Positions 54,041-64,000 of a stretch of 64,000 bases of DNA are shown here, one piece after another. This DNA is from Phoronis australis (lineage: Eukaryota; Animalia; Phoronida), in NCBI GenBank assembly GCA_002633005.1, contig NMRA01000735.1:1-64000 (forward strand), written 5' to 3'. Numbering within the stretch: the stretch's first letter is position 1; the number at the start of each line of letters is the position of its first letter. The notes below the pieces were generated by a model. That model had not been told where the DNA came from. It did not search any database and saw only the letters and a program-made list of their open reading frames with translations. The position numbers were made by a program, and so were the translations under genes.

Positions 54041-57000
54041 TGTTAATGCGTTCAATTTTATGAATTGTTCTAATCTTTAACGTAGGTGGATACACAAAAA
54101 AATTAATTTTGACTGTTTTTTACATTTTCATATCATCCTAATCTTTAATTCTTGATGCACAGTATACTGAAGAAAAATAAAATCATTCTGAAAATCCAAA
54201 GTTGTTTTTTAGCTATATTTGACCAAGCCTCAGTAAGTCATATGGCTTGAGTGCTCACCAGCTCAGTGATTGACAACTGGGGCGGAGCTTATATACAAGG
54301 ACACTAGCTCTAATCTAACCCTGTCAACAAGTATTGCGTAACCGGGCAATCGAGAGTGATGTACCAGCTGATATTGGTGTTGTAGCAAGACCAAGAATAA
54401 AACAATTCTATTTTTGACCATGTGAAAGTTAGTAGTGAAATAGTGAACTAGCTCCTGTTCCGAGCCTGAGCCTGTATGTCTATCAGCAAAAAATTAAGTT
54501 GAGTACGCCAAGCCCTACCGAAGCCATCACTGCACTCATCTTGAGGAGTCCGTGCAGAAATTGTGCATGTTTAAGAGAAGTCGGTAATATAAGGTCAGTT
54601 GTCTTGCGAGAGGACGCAGAGTGTCGACGTGGGTGGTGTTGCACGATTCGGTGAGAGTGCATACACGCGCTGTGAAGACAAGCCGCGCGCGCGACACATG
54701 GACAACTACATGCCGTCAGAGTAGAGTCTTCGCAGATAAACCGTGCTTCTGTGCTGGGAACGTGCCGTGGAGAAACTAGGCTGTCAAACCCAGAGGATTT
54801 TTAACTTGCCACTGGCCGTAACCCAAAGAATTAGAAAAATGACCCAGTGTTCAACATAACAAAAAATTTTCTAGTGCATAGATTCTAAAACGGAACCCTG
54901 AATTAAAACTCATGATATTATACGATTTTAGAGGAAAGCAATATAAGAAACTTTAGTAACTTGAGAATCTCACCCAAGCGGCGCTATTTGCGCAGAAAGT
55001 GATATTTTCTTAACCCAAAGTCCATTCTGTACAGGCACGTAAAAATGTTGAACCATTACTATGAAAGTAGTTCTTTATCCTCGTCGCCAATATTGTTACG
55101 TAGGCAGTAACGCGGCGATTTGATATAACACATATATTGGTTGAGGATAATATTGGAATATTAACAAATAGGTCTGTGTAATATAGTCAGAGAGTCTTTT
55201 ACAAACTGAGTGGAGAGTTCAGATGAATCGTATAAACATCAACACATGGTGGTCGGCACACCAGTACAGCAGACAATAGATCAACGCTAAGCTCCGCCCA
55301 CGTGACAGCCATATTTGTTTTGGTCGTCTGTCGTGCATCACAAGTTCGAAAAAATGATTAAAATTACGCTGTAAACAAACAGGTATGTCACATTTTCTAA
55401 ATATGAAGTAAATATCAGCTTTATTTCTAGTACTTCAACAAAAATTGGAACATAATGACCACGCATTCTGAACGAAATTTGATCTCAAGTGGCAATCGAT
55501 GACCGCTTAACTTCAAAGCCGTTTTTCTCGGCTCGTGATTTCAGGATAGTGACACGATTCTCGGGCCTATTTTTCCACAACACGTGGGTCAATTTTAACG
55601 AAAGTTGCAAATTTGAAATCCTCTTGGACTGAAGTAAAATCGCGTGCCAGGGTTTTTTGATAAATGGACCAGATTTTTAGTTATTAGACGGAAAGTGACC
55701 AAATGACAAAAAGTGGCGTGCTTGCCCCAACTCACACACAAAAAATGCCACAAAATCAAGATCATAATGATTTTGTACATATATTTGGTATGGATAAGTA
55801 GAATATTGCGTAAGGAAATAGTTGATGATGATCCCTGTGCATTTTGAAAAAAAATTCGAGGTAAAATTGGATTTGTTGAAAATTAAAAAATACGATTTTT
55901 NTGCTCGACCAGTCATATTCTGAGGAATCCGCAGGACACACTCCAGCACGTACTGGTCTACGCATAGGGGGATCCAGGGGGGTCAAGGGGTCCGGAGCCC
56001 CCTTTTTACCTTGGTTTTAATGATGTCAAATCTATAATTTTCAAATTGTTGACTTGGTCCCCCCTTCCAAAAAGTACTTGACCGTCCCTTCTCCTTTAAA
56101 AAATCCTGGATCCGCCCCTGCTACGTTTGATCTCGTGTCGTAGTAAACCTGAATAATGAAAATAGTCCATTTTCGGTCTAAAACTGCGTCGTAATTGCAC
56201 ACCGCGGCATCGTTCAGTTGTACCTATACCATGCAAGTCTGACATATTTAACAGTTAAACCTGGGTCTGACCAAGTCTAAAGTTAAACATGGTTTAAGAT
56301 CTTAATACAGGTCTAAAGAATATAGACCTCGTTGGTGAAATGAAAACTGACTTAGACCAGGTCTAAACTGGAGTTAAACCAGGTTTTACAAGACCACTGG
56401 TCTAGAAGTTGAACCACCTTTATGAAATGCAGATTATCATTAAACCTGGTCTAAGTCCAGTTTAAACCTGGTTTAACTTTAAACCACCTTTATGAAATCG
56501 GCTGATAGTGTTAAGTACAACATGCGTCAAGTGTGTCAAAGGCGTTCTCTTTTGAACACCGTGTACCACATTTGTTGTATTTTGAACAATTTTTGTGGAA
56601 TGGAGTTTGAACGTCAGGTATGCCGAAACAAACACATAGTGTGCTACGCCTTTAGAACTCTATAACGGCAGTCTTACATTTCTGTGTTCTAGTTTTCATT
56701 TTTATTCTAAAATAAATTAAATGTGTTTAGGGTTTCCGTCTTCCTTGCCTTACAAACGATGACCACAAAATGGGCGTTCACGTACTTAAATAGCACTAAA
56801 CAGAATAGTTCACAACATTGGTCCTGTTAAAGTTTTTAAAAAATATGTGAGCAAGCCATTCCTTTAGAAAAGATAAGGCATTTTGATGAAGAGCACAATT
56901 TGCATAAAAATAGTGTTCTTTCCTTAAGGACTGTTCTGGAAATTTTCTGAAAGTCTTCACGAGCGTTTAGGTCAGCTCATTCAATACAGTTCGTGATTTT

Positions 57001-57151
57001 CGGTATTACGTTACAGCCATGCATGTATAAGCTTGAGGGACAATTTTTTACTCCGTATCGGACTTTTCTAGCGGAGTTTTTACGGAAGTGGCATTGTTTT
57101 TCACAAGTGTAATACCATGCAGCCGTATGCAGTGAGCAATAAATTCCTTAC

Positions 57152-57185
57152 CTGCAAAATCACCACTTGTTGAGTTTGCCGTAAT
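57152..57185 (-). other. Predicted non-coding exon 1 of gene B
   Basis: CAG|GTAAG donor at 57152/57151. Collinear with 32189-32230. Confidence 0.62.
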
Positions 57186-57204
57186 AAGCAATCCTTAGAC
57201 GATG

Positions 57205-57302
57205 GCTTTATTTAAGCCATTTTAAAACCCTCCTCAAAGTTTTGATTGGATGATACTTAAAACATCACACGCAGTCGAATAAACACATTGCTCAACCAAT
57301 CA
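57205..57302 (-). promoter_or_regulatory. Predicted core promoter of gene B
   Basis: TTAAATAAA at 57207-57215 (minus strand). CCAAT boxes at 57245-57249 and 57296-57300. Confidence 0.58.
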
Positions 57303-59264
57303 CTTGCCATGCCATTCTTACCTTGAAAAATTGAATATTTTCTCGACATTAAGTTGTACTGCGCCTCGTTTGCCTGAGGTTCACCCATCCGAGAACGCAC
57401 CTGTTGTCAAACGCACGCGCCTCACTGCAGAATTTTTATCTAGAAGATTACCGTATAAGCTGCGATGTATAAATTGATCGTGTTCGGAGAATGCCTTGTT
57501 GAATTAGTCGTGTGCCAAACTTGGAACACCGAAATAAGTATGGAATTGCGAGCTGGTTAAACTTGTATGAGGAATAGGTGTTTCTAGGAAATACTGATAC
57601 AAAAATTGGTTATCTGTTGAAAAAATAGATTGTATCTGACCCGCTTTATGCAACAGTTTGTCTACAGATGTTTGATAGTTATATCTTCACCGGTGACAAT
57701 ATAGCCGGTTGAATGTGCCTTTCAGTTCAGAAATGTCGCCACGGATAACAACAACATAATTGTTGCACTTAGTGATACCACTAATTACAATGGTAACTGA
57801 GTTTGCAATAATTTTGAACTTGCTTTTGATTTAAAGCGCTCCATGTAATGATCGAGCCCGGGTGTTGTTAGAGGACCAGGCTCCTAGCCAGCATTGCGCG
57901 GGGGTGGTTCGGATATCTAAAACAGTGGACCTTTGATAATCTGCAAAGATAAGCACTGTAGAGTTTTCAGTAAGGCCAGACGCATATTAATTAGGGGGAA
58001 AGATAATCTATACACATGGGTGACTCTCAGCTCTGAGACGTGACGGAAATGAGGATGCCGTGACGGATGCTCGTAATGAATGGGACTCAAATTCAAATAT
58101 GTAATGTGGTCCACAAAGAGAAAGTTCTTGCGTTACCTTCAGCAAAACTTTCATATCAATCTGAGAATGACTAGACAAAATCTTTATCTGGTTGTATTTT
58201 TGCGTGTTACTAACATAGCTGAAAATGGGAACAGCTCACTATTCTGAAGATTCACTACTCCGAATGTTCAGTGCTCCACAAATATATAAAATTCCCAAAT
58301 CAGGTTTAAAATTGTACTCACGCATGCAAAAGTATACGATATTTCGGTTATTAGATGCACTGTGTGGTGTACTTACACTGAAAACAACGTCCGGGTACTA
58401 TTGATTTCACGCGCATTCGAAATTGCCAACATACCTCACGTATACGGAAAATTAGTACATTCTTGCATTTTTAAAAGGACTTTAAATCCGGCTTTGGCCA
58501 TTTGAAAACAGATAATAAAAATAACTTCCCCGCCCATCCAGTTCTCTTAAAACATAATGCTCTGTAAACCTTGACACCAGTCAAAGGTTTGCTGGAAAAT
58601 GAAAACTCCTTTCAAAGTTTGCTAAACGGGCAAGCGTGAACAACGGTTTTTGCGAATTACACAGAACTATGGGAAAAATCATCCACTAAGTACCATAATG
58701 TCCAAAATGTGACATGGGGTGCATGCATTTTTAATTGATTCATTCTTTAAAAAGGACATTAAGCTATGTTTTTATGATTTCAACCAATTCTCGTTATCTC
58801 ACATGCTGATGCATCATTAGCGTCAATCTTGAACGATTATAGCAGGAATCAACTGAGAATTCATTATTGTTCTTGCTAGATGGTCTTTCCCACAGGTGCC
58901 GTGTAACTCGCTAAAACGTTTTCTAATTTTCTAATTTTTTACGCAAAAATGTATCATTTTCATTACACCATATCTTATATGTCAATTGTCATTTTGTGTT
59001 TGATTTTACTTTATTTCTGTTTTTGTTGATAAAGGAAGTTGTTACCTCCGAAAATTTCAAATTTCAGTTGATCCATTCTTGTTGTTTTATTTACCGATTT
59101 ATATTCTTCATTTCATGAAACAATAGTATCCTTGGGAGGATCTGGATCGCCTTATTTAGTTTCAGATATATTTTCTACCTAATTTTCCTCAAAACTTTTG
59201 ACGATTGTCGTGCCCGTACAGATCGTCCTTTTTCTGAGAACTTGATAGGAAAGTCGTTTTTAGT

Positions 59265-61620
59265 TTCAATCAATCAGTCAATCAATCGTTCATTTCAGTG
59301 AGCTGTAGTAATTGGTACCCAGCCAAAACTTGGGCTTATAAGTCACAAATTCAAAGCGAAAGTACACAAAAGGAAACGCATACATATAGACAATGACAAA
59401 AAGAAAAGAAAGGCAGATCAAACCCACCTTCCCAATCATTACTTATTAAGTTGAAAATAACAATTGTTTTCGCCTGAGAAATGAAATGCATTATTAATAA
59501 AACTTCTAACTAATTTACACACAGTTGTGTTAGTCATTAGGAAAACAAACTGCTTCGGGATTTCTAGCTCACCAAATGAAGGGCAGACTAACATGACCTC
59601 TGCCAATAATCCGGTTATGAGAGCACTGTAGAGATCGCAGAAGCAAAGGAAATGTATTGTATTTCATAATCTACGTATGAGGCAGTGCAACAATCTCACA
59701 AACGCTTGTTTCCACTTTCAGCGGCAGTAATCCACATCTAAATTGAGAAAAGAGGGATTTATTTTCTCTAGACATGCTCATTTTAAATTAACTTCCGTTT
59801 GATAATTTTTTAAATTATTTACGTATTCCTAGTTTGGGATTGCGCAAAATTTCCACCCTGCATTCAGACTCGAAAAGATTCTTGTTTTGGCCTTTTCCAG
59901 ATCACAAACTGACTTTTGATAAAATGCTTCAATTTGATCAACCTCAGTAAAATTTTGAAAAGAACTTTTCGACCAATTATCCTTCCTGTACTTGAGGTCC
60001 CAGTACAATACATGCACTTAATATTTGTGAGACGATTATCAGGCATGCGATAAGTCTATACCAGACCTGTAATGAACACAGTTTCGTGCGAACTGTACTA
60101 GGTTTCCACCCCATATCTCCATTATTCGCCGTGATTGGAGTAAATTTGTGAACCCCAAGAAAGTATCAGAAGACCCGATTTTATATTGAACGTCACAGAG
60201 GAAATAGCCCTGCCCTCCAAGCACCAGCGCAATAATCAAGTGTCGGTATAACACACGCATCACATAATGTGGTGTATGTATTGAACACAACATCACGCAT
60301 TCAATTGAATTTAGATAACTTAGCGCCAACTGCACGGCCACCAGATGCTGCTACTGCGGCAGCGGCTATTTTAAATTGCAAATGTTCATGCAAAAGGAGA
60401 CCTAAATATCGATGCTGACTTACAATAGAGAGCAGGCTGTTCGCACAATTGATGAAAAAGTTGACCCGCCTCGCACGGGGCTTACGAAAATGCATAACTT
60501 CAGTTTATTCAAATTCATCTCCGTCCTGCATTGTTTACACCAAATGGGCAAAAGATCCAGTATAGCCTGCATATCATGATCACGTGACTAGAGTAAGGCA
60601 AAGTCGTCAGCATACAACAAGGACCTTATTACATGTACATTATTTCCTATAGAGATACATGTATCACGGTTGAACAGATTCAGTTCATCAGGAAAGTCAT
60701 TTATAAAAAGACTAAAAGAGTTGGAGAAAGCGTTTCCCCATGACGTACACCAAAACTTATAGGGAACAGTGAAAGTTTTTCAAACTCTGGACACGAGCCA
60801 CAGGATCGGAATAAATACATCTTATCGCATTATTTATGTTCGTATGACCGACAATATTATTTAATAGAAGTTTATAAACAAATATACATGTATGTCTATC
60901 TACACTGTCCAATGCTTTCTTCATATCAGCAAATGTTACAAGTATTGGAAATGTTTTCATTTTTCCTGTTTTGGACTATAGACGCCAATGAAATTACATG
61001 GTCGATACATAATCTACATGTACCTTTACGAAAACCATTTTGCTCCTCAGCAAGCAAGCTTTAATTCTCACCTTAAGACGATATCCTGGCATCCAGAATA
61101 CCCCTTTAGAATTTCTAAACAAAGGAAGGCATGCTTTTCCCCCGACAATTCAATAGAACACAAGGATCCTTGTCTGTACATTTCGGAATAGGAATAATAT
61201 TGGCTTTCAACCATACTGAGCGGACATACTGCGAAACAAAAATAGCTTGAAATAGGTTATGCAAAGCAGCAACCACCGCCGGGTGCTTAAGAACTTTATT
61301 GGGGATATGGTCAGTACTCATTGCTTTGTTAGGATTTGCCTTAGATAAAATTATCAGAATTTCATGCTCAGTAGTGCAAGAGTTCCTTTCGTCATTGCAT
61401 ACACATGTTTGTAGTCAGAGGACGACATTAAAGCTTGAATGTATTCTGTGGCTTGTAAATTGTTCTAATGAAATTTATTATCAAAGGGAAATTCTGGAAC
61501 AAAACCTGAGTAAAGGGATTGATACTCTGTCATCCTGTTATTACGTACCAAATTCAGATTCGTGCGAACTGAATTATCTTCATCATAAACCTCGAAAGGC
61601 ACAGTTTTAGTAATTTTTGG
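59265..61620 (-). mobile_element. Degenerate CR1/L2-group LINE, 5'-truncated
   Basis: DHIPNKVLK...W.KANIIPIPK, FADMKKALDSVDR, GVRHGET.LS..F.LFIND-like, LLYADD (60603-60620), RYLG. (GATT)n-type tail at 59265-59287. Absent from unit A at ~34635. Confidence 0.88.
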
Positions 61621-63549
61621 ATCGAGTCTGTCGACAGACTAAAACCGGATTTGGTATAGTTTGACGTCAGTGATGCATAGCAGATAACAGAACTAGGATT
61701 GCTGAAATCATAATAAATCCTTTTAAAAGAATATGAATTAGGAATATTGATGAATTATGAGACAAGATACATTCATCAAATCTATTCATGCATCAAGTTC
61801 GCATCATTCCACAGCGCGACTGTGGTAGTTTAGGGCCGCTGCGCCTCAACCTCACCCAACAGAACCGCGCACACTTCCGGTAAAAAATAAATGTATAGTA
61901 GTTAGAAGGCTACCCTGTGCTAGCCAGTCTTCAAAACGCTAGACAGTCCCGTTTAGTTTTCTTAAATTTAAAAGTACCATTGGTCGTCGCATCCCTGAAC
62001 CGTGCCCCAGATGTTGTCCCTCCCTAAGAATGAGTAATTACGGTAAAGTCGCGTGATTTTCGGACACTGAAAATTAATTCCAATAGAAAAAATTCATTCC
62101 TGGACGAATCTCGCGAAACATCATTTCTGTGGTGTCCGAATTTGGCGGACCTCCAAATTTGGGTTTCGGCTAGTGTCCCAATTTCGTGGTTGTACATTAT
62201 TTCGATAAGCGGTCGTAGTATCAAACATTGCTGGCTCGGTCATTTGATAGCAGCATAATTGCTGGTCAATAAGACTCAAACGGTCTGCGCGATTAATTTT
62301 TGAAAATCTGGCTTTCCCAATAAGAAATGTGCGTTGTCAACGCATATATACCTTTCTCGACAAGTGTTGGTTCTTCTTTTCAAAGATGCCCTTTCTCAAT
62401 ATGAAATATTCGGCTTGCTTCGCCGATGCTCAAAAACTGTTCTCGGCAAGTGACGGAATCTTATCAAAAAATGCGCTATCTCACTTGAAATAGCGGCTGC
62501 GTTGTGAAAAAGGAGTCTTCCTGGTGACAAATATGGGCTTTCCAATGACTGGGTCTGGTTTGCGTTGTTGACTCACATGAAACGTTCCAGACAACTGATT
62601 CTCTTTTGTAAAAATGCGTTTTCTCAATAAAAATGTCGAGTTTGCGCTGTCAACACACAAAGAGCGCCTCGAAAGGCGCTTTTTTAATATGGTTTCGCAA
62701 TAAAAAGCTTTACTTGCGTATTCGACGCACAAAGAGGGTTTCCGACCATCAAAACATGCGCTTTCTCAATTTTAACGAATATTGCATTAAACGTAACAGT
62801 AATGGATGTGGGAACGATTTCAATGAAGAAAGTGACGAACAATGACAAGAACATAGCATATATTTATGTTTGTTCAACGTATCCATGCATTGTCTGCTGG
62901 TTACAAACCGAAACGCAAGTTAACGCTGACACGTTTATTTCCATTTTACCTGAAAGCTCAGTTTCAACATGAAAACTTCGAATGAACAATTACCTAAAAT
63001 AGATTACAAAGACAAGCATGATAGTAAAATGAGTAGTTTCTCATCGACTCGTGATCCCCATTCGTCGTTCTGGTAGTCATTGAATTGTTGAAGAAGCGCT
63101 GTCGTTCTACATATGTTTAGGCCTACTGCAAACTATGGGAATGCGTCTACTGGTACAGTGCTGCGCGGCTGAAGACACGATTAACTAACACATTTTATAT
63201 ATAAGGGCGTTGTCTAGAAAGCGAATGCAATTTCGAATGCTACCAACATCAAATTCACCCAACAGTTTTTTACAATTAAAACCTTTCTCATCCACAGCCT
63301 TTGAAACGCCCGATGTTACTCAGTGATACACAGGCGCGTCTTCATGCAACTGAGGTGACCTAACACATCTGGGTTCGCTTACGTTTTTAACCACAGTGAA
63401 AATTCTAACTTGTGAAATCGGTTTGTGGATGAAATGAAACTGATAATCGTTAACATTTTCTGATAATCTGCGTGGAAGACAACAGGGCCGTTTATTCTGG
63501 TCGTCACCAGTTTCGTGCAGCTGTCTCTCTCAGTCAATCCTAATTTTCC

Positions 63550-63556
63550 NNNNNNN
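63550..63556. other. Small assembly gap
   Basis: 7 Ns. Confidence 0.99.
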
Positions 63557-64000
63557 CCCACCAAGACCGTTCTTGCGCCCGTTGGTACAATAGGCTACTG
63601 GGCAGATCACGACTGTTAGAAGAATCGACTAGAGACGACCTGAAAAGAAAAACGAAAACATCGGGGACAGCGTGAACTCATCAAGGGCGCAAGTTAAGAA
63701 CCGGTCAACTATTTATATACTCAATTTTCTTCCTTAATGTATACTTAACCAATTACAATCCATCTATGTCGACCGTTTTCATTCCATTGCGTCACATACA
63801 CGTACATGTACATGTATTTGCTACAGTTACGGAAAATAGTTCTTCCTACAGTTATCTGCTGATGGACGTCACACACTTACAATGAATGCTTAAATTTAAA
63901 GTATGATCACTTGTGAGTTTACTGAAGTCTCATTGTAAGTACAGAAATATTGTTGAAGAATAACAGTGACTATCTGAAGAGGGGAATACATAACAAAATA

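Noticed and set aside
54070-55930. B-specific insertion with an internal inverted motif (gggcggagctta / taagctccgccc)
   Set aside because: Probably one or more non-autonomous DNA transposons, but I could not define matching termini or a TSD.

Overview
Animal (probably marine invertebrate) genomic scaffold, AT-rich and dominated by degenerate transposable elements, with two assembly gaps. The key result is absent from the ORF track: two tandem, apparently intact, four-exon genes on the minus strand. Each encodes a 64-aa precursor made of a signal peptide, an acidic propeptide ending in an R-x-R-R convertase site, and a 29-aa six-cysteine peptide with CS-alpha/beta defensin / short scorpion-toxin spacing. 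Gene A spans ~6195-32230 (mature CWGFGCDIGCRVNGKNRGRCESSVCKCYK) and gene B spans ~47095-57185 (mature CSGGSCYLSCLFSGKGVGTCRGSTCMCIG). The two genes come from an old duplication (~5900-34870 vs ~46820-61830) whose collinear introns expose later insertions. These include an 8.5-kb long-TIR element, an Academ transposon with TSD, L1/Tx1, CR1/L2-like and DIRS remnants, MITEs, and many 6-bp CATGTA insertions resembling Tc1/mariner excision footprints. All alignments and translations were done by eye, so element boundaries are approximate unless a TSD or splice site is quoted.
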